From positions 1-28,388 of IMG/VR virus record IMGVR_UViG_3300012665_000987: a DNA stretch of 28,388 nucleotides, one strand, 5' to 3'. Made by a program: the position numbers and the translations under genes. The notes under the pieces were generated by a model. It was not told the DNA's origin. It was given only the letters and a program-made list of their open reading frames with translations, and ran no database searches. The DNA comes from a virus (Duplodnaviria; Caudoviricetes). Shown piece by piece: positions 1 through 8,637 of the stretch. Each line of letters starts with the position of its first letter. Position 1 is the stretch's first letter.

Positions 1-60
1 TCCTACCGACCACACCAATTTCTATAATAAGTAGAAGTACATAACTATAAGGAAACAATT

Positions 61-252
61 ATGTCAAACACAGTAGAACAACTAAAAGCAGACTTCGAAG
101 CATTCTTAGCCGAGGACGCAAAATTCACAGCAGGTAATGGTGCCGCTGGTACTCGTGCTCGCAAAGCTCTACAAGAAGTTGCTAAGGGTGTTAAAGCTCG
201 CCGCAACGAAATTACAGCAGAAAAGAACGCCCGTAAAGAAGCCAAGGTCTAA
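61..252 (+). CDS. Histone H1-like (Hc1-type) small basic DNA-binding protein
   Basis: 63 aa and K/A/R-rich. Motif GNGAAGTRARKAL resembles the bacterial Hc1-like GNKAAGTRARKA signature. SD AAGGA upstream. Confidence 0.7.
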   Translation: MSNTVEQLKADFEAFLAEDAKFTAGNGAAGTRARKALQEVAKGVKARRNEITAEKNARKEAKV

Positions 253-253
253 A

Positions 254-769
254 ATGTCCTACAACAATAACGACGACGTTATTGATATGAGTGATACCGG
301 AGCTGCCCAACCATGTGATACTATCACATACAGCAGCAGCTTCGATTCGCTCGACCTCAGTTCGTTAACAGCATCTAGCATATCAACTATTACTCTTCCT
401 AATACTGTAACATATAGCTCAGGCGCAACTGTTGGCGGTATTACCTCTATTAATAATATCAATAGCACTTGGCATACTGGGACAACAGGGACTAGTGGAC
501 AGTATTATACTACAGGAACAAATGGTAATAACTGGAATAGTCCCTCAACTGTTAATATCAGTAACACTGGTATTGATATGGCTGCCGGTACTGATATCAA
601 AGTAGATGGTAAGAGTCTAAAAGAGTTTATGACTAAGATGGAACAACGCCTTTCAATACTTGTACCGGATCCAAAGAAACTAGAAAAATTCGAAGCACTG
701 AAAAAAGCCTACGAACATTATAAAACAATGGAGAGTCTTTGCTTTGACGAACCGGAAGAAGAGAAGTGA
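254..769 (+). CDS. Hypothetical phage protein with Ser/Thr-rich N-terminus and helical C-terminus
   Basis: ORF track gives 137..769, but ATG 254 directly after the upstream stop is the more likely start. C-terminus is MEQRLSILVPDPKKLEKFEALKKAYEHY. Confidence 0.7.
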   Translation: MSYNNNDDVIDMSDTGAAQPCDTITYSSSFDSLDLSSLTASSISTITLPNTVTYSSGATVGGITSINNINSTWHTGTTGTSGQYYTTGTNGNNWNSPSTVNISNTGIDMAAGTDIKVDGKSLKEFMTKMEQRLSILVPDPKKLEKFEALKKAYEHYKTMESLCFDEPEEEK

Positions 770-1320
770 ACATAAAAGTATTTGATGATGTAATTCCAGA
801 ACACTTACAAGAGTTTTACGAATTAAGTATTTTAGGACGCAGTGGCGAAAAAGCTATTCATCCTATTGTAAATTTAAAATGCAAGTACGAAAGTACAGCA
901 GAGGTTACAGAATATCCTCCACTGAGCTTTGTTCACTTGTTAAAGTCATCAACTACTGTTTCAGAACATCTTCCTAATTTTGGGTTGATTCCTCAATTAG
1001 TCTGTGCGTATAACAATAAAGTTTTAAAAGATATTATTTTAGCTAGGGCATTTATTGTCATGCCCTATGAAACTAATATTGAACATTATGCTCCGCACAT
1101 TGACTTGCCCTTTGCTCATACAGTTGTGTTATACTATGTAAATGATGCAGATGGGGATACTGTGTTTTTTGATCAACAAAAAAATATTGTCAAGCAGGTA
1201 TCGCCAAAAAGAGGACGTGTGATTATGTTTGACGGTATGTTATATCACGGCGGGGGTGTTCCTAAGCAAGGACCTCGATGCGTGGTTAATTTTGATATTA
1301 TTACTGAGGAATTAAAATGA
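766..1320 (+). CDS. 2OG-Fe(II) oxygenase superfamily protein
   Basis: HxD (PHID), YYVNDADGDTVFF, distal His (LYHGG) and R-x-V-V-N-F 2OG-binding strand. GTGA overlap with the upstream gene. Confidence 0.8.
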   Translation: MNIKVFDDVIPEHLQEFYELSILGRSGEKAIHPIVNLKCKYESTAEVTEYPPLSFVHLLKSSTTVSEHLPNFGLIPQLVCAYNNKVLKDIILARAFIVMPYETNIEHYAPHIDLPFAHTVVLYYVNDADGDTVFFDQQKNIVKQVSPKRGRVIMFDGMLYHGGGVPKQGPRCVVNFDIITEELK

Positions 1321-1988
1321 ATGTTCGATTACTATCTTACTCACAACCCACCCAAGAATTTGCAGATATGGGTATTGCAGATGCACAGGAACTCATTGCG
1401 TATTGCGCCCGTGTGTCAAACCCTAGCAACCAACTCAACACAGAGACGTCTGACAAACTTATTCGATACTTGGTCAAACACCAACACTGGAGCCCACTCG
1501 AAATGGTCAGTGCCTGTATCGAAATCACAACAACCCGAGATATTGCACGACAAATCTTGCGACACAGAAGTTTCAGTTTCCAAGAGTTCTCTCAACGCTA
1601 TGCTGACCCAACGAAAGATCTCAATTTTGTTACGAGAGAAGCTAGGCTACAAGACCTCAAGAACAGACAGAATAGTGTCGAAGTCGATGATCAATACTTA
1701 CAAAATGAATGGTACCGTGCTCAGCAGCGAGTTATCTATGCTGCCAAACGTGAGTACGAATGGGCTATCGCTAACGGCATAGCAAAAGAGCAAGCCCGGG
1801 CAGTATTGCCAGAAGGACTTATTGAAAGTCGGCTATATATGAATGGTACGTTACGTTCGTGGATTCATTTTATTGAATTACGTTCGGCAAATGGCACACA
1901 AAAAGAGCACCAAGAAGTTGCTATTGCTTGTGCTAAAGCAATAGCTGCAATTTTTCCAATGACGGAAAGTTTAATTAAAGGAGATTAA
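1317..1988 (+). CDS. thyX: FAD-dependent thymidylate synthase ThyX
   Basis: ThyX motif RHRSFSFQEFSQRY, plus HWSPLE, KEQARAVLP and NGTLRSWIHFIELR. SD GAGGA. Confidence 0.96.
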   Translation: MNVRLLSYSQPTQEFADMGIADAQELIAYCARVSNPSNQLNTETSDKLIRYLVKHQHWSPLEMVSACIEITTTRDIARQILRHRSFSFQEFSQRYADPTKDLNFVTREARLQDLKNRQNSVEVDDQYLQNEWYRAQQRVIYAAKREYEWAIANGIAKEQARAVLPEGLIESRLYMNGTLRSWIHFIELRSANGTQKEHQEVAIACAKAIAAIFPMTESLIKGD

Positions 1989-1989
1989 A

Positions 1990-2682
1990 ATGTTTGGAAC
2001 AGTATATACAGAAAATAATTTAACTTATCGATCAGCTTCCGAAGTTAACGAAGCAATGGGTCGAGTTTATGGACACATGAGTCTAGCAGTTATTGTATCG
2101 ATGATTGTTAGTTACTTTGTAGGTACCAGTCCAGAATTACTACAATTCTTTTTTACCGGAGTTCTAAAGTGGATTGTGATTTTTGCACCGCTTGCGGCAA
2201 TCTTTGGTGTTGCTATGGTGCTAGGTAATAATCCTAGTAAAGGCGTAGCACAACTTTGTCTACATGGATTTGCGGCCTTAATGGGATTGAGTTTTGCTAC
2301 AATCTTTGCTGTGTTTACTATGGGGTCAATTGTTAGTGCTTTTATGGGTGCGGCTATCTTGTTTGGTGTTATGAGTGGTTATGGCTACTTTACTAAGCAG
2401 AGTTTAGACAGCATGGGCAAGTTTATGTTTGTTGGCTTAATTGCTATCATCATTGCCAGCATTGTTAATATCTTTATTGGTTCTAGTGTAATGGCAATGG
2501 TTATTAGTGCTTTGGCTATTATCATCTTCCTAGGCTTAACTGCTTACGATACACAAAAGATTCGTGAAGACCTCAGTGTAGATACAACTCCAGCCGCCGA
2601 AGTTAGTGGTGCGTTGACGTTGTACATGGATTTTATTAACTTGTTTATTAACCTTCTACAACTATTTGGCGATCGTAAATGA
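1990..2682 (+). CDS. Bax inhibitor-1/YccA (YbhL-like) family membrane protein
   Basis: About 7 hydrophobic segments, with family motifs LTAYDTQKI and ALTLYMDFINLFINLLQLFG. Confidence 0.92.
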   Translation: MFGTVYTENNLTYRSASEVNEAMGRVYGHMSLAVIVSMIVSYFVGTSPELLQFFFTGVLKWIVIFAPLAAIFGVAMVLGNNPSKGVAQLCLHGFAALMGLSFATIFAVFTMGSIVSAFMGAAILFGVMSGYGYFTKQSLDSMGKFMFVGLIAIIIASIVNIFIGSSVMAMVISALAIIIFLGLTAYDTQKIREDLSVDTTPAAEVSGALTLYMDFINLFINLLQLFGDRK

Positions 2683-3062
2683 AAGAAAAAGTTGATCAAT
2701 TTTGTAAGAATTACGAAATACAAATTGTTGACGATCAAAAAAGGAGGGCTAGGTATCACCCTCCTAAGTATTTTACAGATCCGTTTCGGGCAGATATTGT
2801 AAAGAAAGATGTTGTAGAGTTTGAAACTGAAAAAGTCTACACTATCCAGATCCCCGAAAGCCGATTTCGAGCTCTCATAGAAATGGAGCAGAGATTCTTT
2901 GGCAATCACACTCATGGTTATAGCGATGCTGATATGTTTTCTATGCTTATGGAAAAGGAACGTGAGGAAAGTTGGTATCGACAATCAAACGCCGGCATTA
3001 AAAAAGCCTACGAGCAATATAGTATCATGTTAAACTTGGCAGGATATCAGAGGAAAATTTAA
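2679..3062 (+). CDS. Hypothetical phage protein
   Basis: 127-aa ORF coupled by ATGA overlap to the upstream gene. C-terminus IKKAYEQYSIML. Confidence 0.75.
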   Translation: MKEKVDQFCKNYEIQIVDDQKRRARYHPPKYFTDPFRADIVKKDVVEFETEKVYTIQIPESRFRALIEMEQRFFGNHTHGYSDADMFSMLMEKEREESWYRQSNAGIKKAYEQYSIMLNLAGYQRKI

Positions 3063-3325
3063 TGAAATTTATTTTAAACTATATCAACACACATCTCCCT
3101 CAAATGGAAATGCTAGGTGTTGTAATGCGTATTATTAGTTTTAGTTTAGTATCATGGCTAGGGCCAGCAAGTCCGTTTATGTTTGTTTGGATCTTTAATA
3201 CCGTCGATGCTATTCTATTAACATACTGTGCTAAAATTCGTAAAGATCCAGCATACACTTTGTTAAATGGATTTTGGATTCTAGTTGGAATTATCGGTAT
3301 TGCTAGGGCCGGGGGTTGGCTTTAA
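3062..3325 (+). CDS. Small membrane protein
   Basis: 87 aa with about 3 hydrophobic segments. TAATG coupling. Confidence 0.7.
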   Translation: MKFILNYINTHLPQMEMLGVVMRIISFSLVSWLGPASPFMFVWIFNTVDAILLTYCAKIRKDPAYTLLNGFWILVGIIGIARAGGWL

Positions 3326-3345
3326 TTGTTCAAAAAATAAACATA

Positions 3346-3374
3346 TTGACATGTTTTCTAAAAGATTGTATAAT
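3346..3374 (+). promoter_or_regulatory. Sigma70-type (early) promoter
   Basis: TTGACA (3346-3351), 17 nt spacer, TATAAT (3369-3374). Intergenic, with an A-rich UP-like tract upstream. Confidence 0.85.
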
Positions 3375-3409
3375 TAAAGTGTTCGACAGTATAATCTTTA
3401 GGAATAAAA

Positions 3410-4240
3410 ATGCGTAGTAATTATTGGACATGTTCAAAATTTGCAGATTGGTTGCGTGGCACACCTAAGCTCGGTTGTGGCACCAGCGAACAGTGGGACG
3501 CTTGGTATGCAGAAGCAGCCACGGCTCATCCGATCCGCTATTGGATTGCCGAAGAAGGATTAGATTATGCCCAAAAGATCGTCTATTATATCCCTGATAA
3601 ACTCAATGATGTTAGATATTACGTTAATAATCGTTGGGTTAGCCACAGTCATCGTCTTACCGCTCACCCTCGTGATATCCGTCCTGGCAGTTGGAGTGAC
3701 GTTGGTAATCGGTTTCTGCCATGTCTTTTTAACGAACTTGTGGACTTCGTTGAAGTAGAGCAAGCATGGCATCACTGTATGTGGAGTGATGATGCTAAGA
3801 CTAAATTTGATGTGCCATGGTACCGTAGCGGTTGGTTGCGTTGGCGTACTTGGCGTTGTCCAGAAGCTGGACTTGAATACCTGCGTTGGGCCGAAACACT
3901 AACTAACGAAGAGTTTTTAGAAGAAGGTGAAAAGCACAAAGCAGAACCTACTTATCAAGCCAAGGCCGCAAAAGAAATTATTGAGTTGTACACCTGGTGG
4001 ACTCAAACTTATCGCAATCGCCCAGATCCATATGAAGCAAGTGGTTGGACTGCGGCCTGTGAGGCACAGCGAGAAGCCAATGGCGGTCGACTAAGTTTTA
4101 GTAATCCAAAAGATCCTGTGCTTAAAAAGCAAAGCGACAAAGCCCATAAGTTGCTTCAAAAGATCGAAGCCGACTATACCAAAGAGGACGAAGCGATGAT
4201 GATTCGTCTTATTAAGATTAGAGAAAGCCTATGGACATAA
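3410..4240 (+). CDS. Hypothetical Trp-rich phage protein
   Basis: 276-aa ORF with SD AGGA, downstream of a consensus promoter. Confidence 0.85.
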   Translation: MRSNYWTCSKFADWLRGTPKLGCGTSEQWDAWYAEAATAHPIRYWIAEEGLDYAQKIVYYIPDKLNDVRYYVNNRWVSHSHRLTAHPRDIRPGSWSDVGNRFLPCLFNELVDFVEVEQAWHHCMWSDDAKTKFDVPWYRSGWLRWRTWRCPEAGLEYLRWAETLTNEEFLEEGEKHKAEPTYQAKAAKEIIELYTWWTQTYRNRPDPYEASGWTAACEAQREANGGRLSFSNPKDPVLKKQSDKAHKLLQKIEADYTKEDEAMMIRLIKIRESLWT

Positions 4241-4428
4241 CTAGACGTCGATGTAACGAATGCAGTAGCGAGATACAGTATAATGAACAACACGATGCAC
4301 ATTATTGTGAACTTTGTAATAAATGGCTAGAGGAGGCCTGCGGTGATGAAGAATGCGAATACTGTTGGGGAAGGCCAAGAAAACCGAGCCAGTGCATTTC
4401 GGATGTGGGTTCATCAACTTTGGATTGA
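4231..4428 (+). CDS. Small Cys-rich (putative Zn-binding) protein
   Basis: CxxC...CxxC...C-x4-CxxC pattern in 65 aa. Overlaps the upstream stop by 10 nt. Confidence 0.6.
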   Translation: MDITRRRCNECSSEIQYNEQHDAHYCELCNKWLEEACGDEECEYCWGRPRKPSQCISDVGSSTLD

Positions 4429-4543
4429 TAACATAGAAGAACACTTGACATATGGTGAGAAACCGTATAATATAAATGAATATTGGAGCACCTATAAATG
4501 GTGGTTAAAACGTGAATACAAATATCAACGACGAAACAAATGA
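4343..4543 (+). CDS. Hypothetical small aromatic-rich protein
   Basis: Strong SD AGGAGG at 4331-4336 before GTG 4343/ATG 4346. Protein-like composition (FRMWVHQLW...YKWWLKREY). Confidence 0.6.
   Translation: MMKNANTVGEGQENRASAFRMWVHQLWIDNIEEHLTYGEKPYNINEYWSTYKWWLKREYKYQRRNK
4445..4473 (+). promoter_or_regulatory. Possible intragenic sigma70-type promoter
   Basis: TTGACA at 4445-4450, with TATAAT at a 15-nt spacer (4466-4471) or TAATAT at a 17-nt spacer (4468-4473). Confidence 0.45.
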
Positions 4544-4763
4544 TCAATTAGAAAATCTTTATCAAGACTACTGGGCGTTTCACGCTAGTATGATTGATAA
4601 AGATCATAACCCAATTGAAATAGCTGCCATTCTTGTAGCACAAGCGATGAGTATCTACAAAACTGTTCTAAGTACAGAAGAGTATAATTCTATGGTAGAT
4701 AGCATTTCTGATAGTCGAGACAAGGTAAAAAAACTCGAACCAGAGCAAGGAGTGCTGCATTGA
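4512..4763 (+). CDS. Hypothetical protein
   Basis: 83-aa ORF in a co-oriented gene run. Start uncertain. Confidence 0.65.
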   Translation: MNTNINDETNDQLENLYQDYWAFHASMIDKDHNPIEIAAILVAQAMSIYKTVLSTEEYNSMVDSISDSRDKVKKLEPEQGVLH

Positions 4764-5089
4764 AAGCAGAAGCGCCAGCGTCGGGTATCCTAAAGAGCGG
4801 AGATTGGGGTAGTGCCAAAGCATACCAGATTGTCTGTGGGTGCGGTCAACCTGATCATGATCACACAGTTTGGGTAGAAGCCGAGGATATCGGAGTAAAT
4901 GTTAATATCTATGCAAATGTAAAATCTCCATTGTGGTCTATGAATCGATGGCAACAACTTTGGTCTCTAATGACTCGTGGTTATCTAAAACACGAAACTA
5001 CAATAACTATGAGCGAACAACAGGCTCTTAATTATGCAGAGACTCTAAAGAAAGCAATACAGGATGTTAAAGATTTCAAAAAGCCCTGA
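4760..5089 (+). CDS. Hypothetical protein with CGC...HDH possible metal site
   Basis: TTG start with SD AAGGAG and a TTGA overlap. Motif VCGCGQPDHDH. Confidence 0.75.
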   Translation: MKAEAPASGILKSGDWGSAKAYQIVCGCGQPDHDHTVWVEAEDIGVNVNIYANVKSPLWSMNRWQQLWSLMTRGYLKHETTITMSEQQALNYAETLKKAIQDVKDFKKP

Positions 5090-5603
5090 GCGACACTCTT
5101 TCCAAAAGGAGGGCTATGTCAAGAGACAACTTGAAAAAGGCGAAGAGCTAAATCAAGATTACATCGATATGTTTACCGATATCATCAAACAACATGATAC
5201 TAAATTTGACGACCCGGCCAGGCGTGAAAACAATATGGAATACGATTTGTTAACTACAGATTGGATTCTGGAAAAAGTACGGGCTAGCGAAATCTATGCT
5301 CAAAATCTTTATGCGGCAATCTGCAATAACGATTTTCAAAAGTTAGATGTCTTGCCCATTCTAAAAAATCAAACTTGGGGTGCTAGCTGGCGCAGTGCTG
5401 GTGGCATAATTGCCGATATGCGTGAGCAAGGTGATTATATCGATTGGTACTGTAGCGGTATAGGCAGCGAAGAAACTGGCTACGGGCTGAACGGTGCAAA
5501 TGGTGACGGGTACGTTCCAGAGAGCGTAATTACCGAAGAGATTCAAAACGACTTAAAAAAGCTCGGTTGGATAGTATTAAAACAAGATTTAGATAACTAT
5601 TAA
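5064..5603 (+). CDS. Hypothetical phage protein
   Basis: 179 aa with conserved-looking motifs YAQNLYAAICNNDF, SWRSAGGIIAD and GDYIDWYCSG. Confidence 0.8.
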   Translation: MLKISKSPERHSFQKEGYVKRQLEKGEELNQDYIDMFTDIIKQHDTKFDDPARRENNMEYDLLTTDWILEKVRASEIYAQNLYAAICNNDFQKLDVLPILKNQTWGASWRSAGGIIADMREQGDYIDWYCSGIGSEETGYGLNGANGDGYVPESVITEEIQNDLKKLGWIVLKQDLDNY

Positions 5604-5625
5604 TTTTAGGGGATAATAATTTAAG

Positions 5626-5817
5626 ATGAACTTCGAACTTTATGAAGTTTGGGCAGTTGAAGAAGACGGTCACGAGCAGTTGTTAGAAACAACAGCTAGC
5701 AGAAAACAAGCATTCGAATTTGCAAAAAGCAGTCTAATTGACGATTGCAAAGAAGTAATTATATATCGTGAAAATGACGACGGAGAATTACAAGAAGTCG
5801 AACGGTTGACATCGTAA
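5626..5817 (+). CDS. Hypothetical small acidic protein
   Basis: 63-aa ORF with upstream AGGGGA. Confidence 0.65.
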   Translation: MNFELYEVWAVEEDGHEQLLETTASRKQAFEFAKSSLIDDCKEVIIYRENDDGELQEVERLTS

Positions 5818-5834
5818 GCAAATGATGTTATAAT
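5806..5834 (+). promoter_or_regulatory. Sigma70-type promoter with extended -10
   Basis: TTGACA (5806-5811), 17 nt spacer, TGnTATAAT (TATAAT at 5829-5834). Confidence 0.85.
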
Positions 5835-5866
5835 ATACATATTGTTAAACGATATCAGGAGCAAAC

Positions 5867-7045
5867 ATGGCAACTAAGGCAAAACATTTGGCACAAGCTC
5901 GTGCAAAGATTGGCAAAGACTTGAGCCCAAAGTGGGACAACGTTAGCGATCTAACCACTGATCAATATTCCAAACACTTTCGTGTTAGTATGGAATGGTA
6001 TCGTTTAGAATCCAGCGGCAAAGAACTCAAGCCAAAGGTTATCAATTGGATGAGTCAAGTTGGGTATTCTAAAGAAGATATTGCCAGCTTTAAAAAATCT
6101 AAAGATAGCCGATGCTCACTTACTATGGGATCCATTGCTGCCTGTTTACTCAAAGGCATGCCAGACGTTCGAGAAGGATTCAATGAAGGCCGTTCAACTA
6201 ACGCATGGTTAAAAGAAGCTATCAAAGATGTTCTCGAACAGGGCAAATATGATATCGACGAGGAAGCAGTGGCAGAAGCTGCTGAATCTAACAAGCCCAA
6301 TGTCTATGTACCCAGCATTCAAGAACGTTTGCGTGAAACTGCAATCGGAATGACTACTGAAATCGAAGATGCTATCGAAAGCTTTCAACAAGATCCAGAA
6401 ACGTTTGATCCAAAAGCATTTAAAATCTTAAATTTACTTAAGGCTAAACAAGCCAAAGCCGCACACACTCGCATCATTAAAAACTTTTATATCCGTAATT
6501 TAGAAGAGCTAACCGAAGCCGCTAGCACTAAAGACGAGCAACTCAAAGAAGCATACAGCCATTTGAGCAAGGTGCATCTAAAGAAAATTACAGCATTCTA
6601 TCAAGAAGTTGTGAGTGCTTGTGATATGTTAGGACAAGAAGCTAAGGTTAATCGTAAGCCACGTGCTAAAAAGCCTACAGATAAATCTAAAGTTATAGCC
6701 AAACTTAAGTATATGAAAACAAACGAGCCGCTGAAACTAGTGTCTATCAATCCAGAAGATGTTATTGGAGCACAGGAATTGTGGATTTACAACAGCAAAT
6801 CTCGTAAGTTAGGCCGTTATATTGCGGACGATTACAAAGAGCTAGGCGTTAAAGGTACTACAATCACAGGGTTTAGTGAATCTAAATCTATTCAAAAAAC
6901 TCTACGTAAACCCGAAGAAAAGCTCAAAGAGTTCAAATCAGCGGGCAAGGTACAGTTGCGTAAGTTCCTAGACGACATCAATGCTACAGACACACGTATG
7001 AACGGACGCATTAACGAAGAGATCATTTTGCTTAAGATTGCCTGA
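5867..7045 (+). CDS. Hypothetical protein with basic C-terminus, typical of large myoviruses
   Basis: 392 aa with SD AGGAG. Lys-rich C-terminal domain (KTLRKPEE...NGRINEE). Confidence 0.85.
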   Translation: MATKAKHLAQARAKIGKDLSPKWDNVSDLTTDQYSKHFRVSMEWYRLESSGKELKPKVINWMSQVGYSKEDIASFKKSKDSRCSLTMGSIAACLLKGMPDVREGFNEGRSTNAWLKEAIKDVLEQGKYDIDEEAVAEAAESNKPNVYVPSIQERLRETAIGMTTEIEDAIESFQQDPETFDPKAFKILNLLKAKQAKAAHTRIIKNFYIRNLEELTEAASTKDEQLKEAYSHLSKVHLKKITAFYQEVVSACDMLGQEAKVNRKPRAKKPTDKSKVIAKLKYMKTNEPLKLVSINPEDVIGAQELWIYNSKSRKLGRYIADDYKELGVKGTTITGFSESKSIQKTLRKPEEKLKEFKSAGKVQLRKFLDDINATDTRMNGRINEEIILLKIA

Positions 7046-7064
7046 TACTCTTTCTGCGTAGTTT

Positions 7065-7072
7065 GATAAATA
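7065..7072 (+). promoter_or_regulatory. Putative late promoter (TAAATA core)
   Basis: GATAAATA lies 5 nt before ATG 7078 and resembles the T4 late promoter TATAAATA. Confidence 0.6.
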
Positions 7073-7077
7073 TCGTT

Positions 7078-7956
7078 ATGAACGATCAAACTACACCTAA
7101 TCCAATCGATATTATTAGCCAGGCTTTACAGGATCTAGCTGCCACACGGTCCGCTCAAGATCTTATTATTCAGGACTTACGATTCCTAGAATTTAAAGCC
7201 AAAAAAAACGAATCCAATAACGGGAAAGGACTTCTCTTTAGTGGCGAGGGCTACAGCCGACAATTTGTGTTTAACACAGATCATTTCTTTTCGTCAGAGC
7301 ATATTAATCTAGATAATAATAGACACTATGCAATCGACGGCATTAAAGTTCTTGACAGCCAGTCGCTGGGCTCTAGCATTACAAAAAGTAGTCTAAAAGA
7401 AGTCGGTAGATTAAAAGGACTTATTGTAGACGGATCCTTAGTTGTAAATCAATATATGTTTTACAATGCAACTTCTGATAGACTCGGGCTAGGAACAGAA
7501 TCTCCAAATGCTGGATTTAGCGTTGCAGAAAATGGCATTGAAGTTATGATTGGATCTAACTTTGATACCAACCACGGTATCATTGGTACCTTTGGTAGCA
7601 ACAATTTAGATATTGTAACTGACGATACTCCTAGAATTTCTATTAAAGCAAACGGAAATATCGATTTAGGAAATCCTACTAAAAACCCAATCCATGTTGT
7701 TATTCATGGTAAACTTGCAGTTGGTGTGAAAGTGCCAGATCCTGCTGTCGACCTTCATGTAAACGGCGCTGTACGATTGAACAACCATATTCAGATGTAT
7801 GCAGCAACTCCGCCAGCTGAAGGAAATTATACAGTTGGAGACATTGTATGGAATGCTTATCCACGCATTGGTGGATGTGTAGGTTGGATATGCTTAAAAG
7901 CAGGTAACCCAGGACAGTGGAATCCTTTCGGCGAGATTAAAGAATCGGGTAACTAA
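7078..7956 (+). CDS. Putative virion structural/fibre-associated protein
   Basis: Beta-rich RLGLGTESP and LAVGVKVPDPAVDLHVNG repeats typical of fibres. C-terminal GDIVWNAYP..GWIC..GNPGQW module. ATG 7078 preferred to TTG 7063. Confidence 0.65.
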   Translation: MNDQTTPNPIDIISQALQDLAATRSAQDLIIQDLRFLEFKAKKNESNNGKGLLFSGEGYSRQFVFNTDHFFSSEHINLDNNRHYAIDGIKVLDSQSLGSSITKSSLKEVGRLKGLIVDGSLVVNQYMFYNATSDRLGLGTESPNAGFSVAENGIEVMIGSNFDTNHGIIGTFGSNNLDIVTDDTPRISIKANGNIDLGNPTKNPIHVVIHGKLAVGVKVPDPAVDLHVNGAVRLNNHIQMYAATPPAEGNYTVGDIVWNAYPRIGGCVGWICLKAGNPGQWNPFGEIKESGN

Positions 7957-8555
7957 TGGCTGTTGTCGTTGTCGGTAATGGTGAAAGTAGAAAAATACTT
8001 GATCTACAATCTATTGCACAGCGACATACCATTGTAGGTTGTAATGCTTTACATCGAGACCTAGTTGTTCCACATCTAGTATGTTGCGATCAACGAATGG
8101 TAACTGAAGCTATTGCTTCAGAACATAATCAAAATACTATCATATACACTAGACCAGAATGGGCTAAGTTGTTTCCAAGGGCAGTTCGGCAGGTACCGGA
8201 TTTACCATACACTGGGAATTTGCGACAGGATCAACTTTGGCATTGGGGCAGTGGTCCGCTAGCACTACTAATAGCCTGCGGATTAGAATCGGATGTTATA
8301 TATCTAGTTGGGTTCGATCTTCACGGACATAGCGGCAAGATAAACAATGTCTACAAAGATTCTAAAAATTACCTTAACTCTTCGTCAACGGCTGTTGATC
8401 CTATATATTGGATTTATCAAATTGCCAAAATCTTTACATTATACCCTAATAAATCATTCGTGGTGTTAAATACGAATGAATGGACTTGTCCTCCGAGTTG
8501 GTCTCAACAGAATGTTACAATTAAAAATATATGTGATTCTGGGGTTGACATATAA
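7956..8555 (+). CDS. Rossmann-like protein resembling the DUF115/Maf/sialyltransferase-like family
   Basis: N-terminal VVVGNGES, GCNA, WGSGPLALLIA and IYLVGFDL motifs. Family assignment is by motif resemblance only. Confidence 0.55.
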   Translation: MAVVVVGNGESRKILDLQSIAQRHTIVGCNALHRDLVVPHLVCCDQRMVTEAIASEHNQNTIIYTRPEWAKLFPRAVRQVPDLPYTGNLRQDQLWHWGSGPLALLIACGLESDVIYLVGFDLHGHSGKINNVYKDSKNYLNSSSTAVDPIYWIYQIAKIFTLYPNKSFVVLNTNEWTCPPSWSQQNVTIKNICDSGVDI

Positions 8556-8572
8556 ATAGTTGGCTGTATACT
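8545..8572 (+). promoter_or_regulatory. Composite promoter: sigma70 -35/-10 with an embedded T4-type late box
   Basis: TTGACA (8545-8550), 16 nt spacer, TATACT (8567-8572). TATAAATA at 8551-8558 lies inside the spacer. Confidence 0.7.
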
Positions 8573-8592
8573 ATACAGTATGACACACACAA

Positions 8593-8637
8593 AGAGGACT
8601 CTATGGCATCATCCCTCTATAAAAATTCTGCAGTCAT
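8593..8637 (+). ncRNA. preQ1-I-like riboswitch aptamer (H-type pseudoknot) upstream of queD
   Basis: P1 AGAGG(8593-97)/CCTCT(8614-18), loop ending CAUC, A-rich AUAAAAA tail, and P2 AUGGC(8603-07)/GUCAU(8633-37). Lies in the 5' leader of queD. Confidence 0.65.

Noticed and set aside
137-253. Upstream start for ORF 137..769
   Set aside because: It overlaps the better-supported Hc1-like gene. ATG 254 follows that gene's stop directly.
1321-1782. 153-aa alternative-frame ORF within thyX
   Set aside because: It lies entirely inside a conserved gene and has no motif support.
3339-3356. AAACAT-N6-ATGTTT inverted repeat around the -35 box
   Set aside because: Only 6-bp arms in AT-rich DNA, and no second copy was seen.
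8564-8578. Canonical LexA SOS box
   Set aside because: The spacing is CTGT-N7-ACAG, not N8. It is kept only as an unassigned palindrome.
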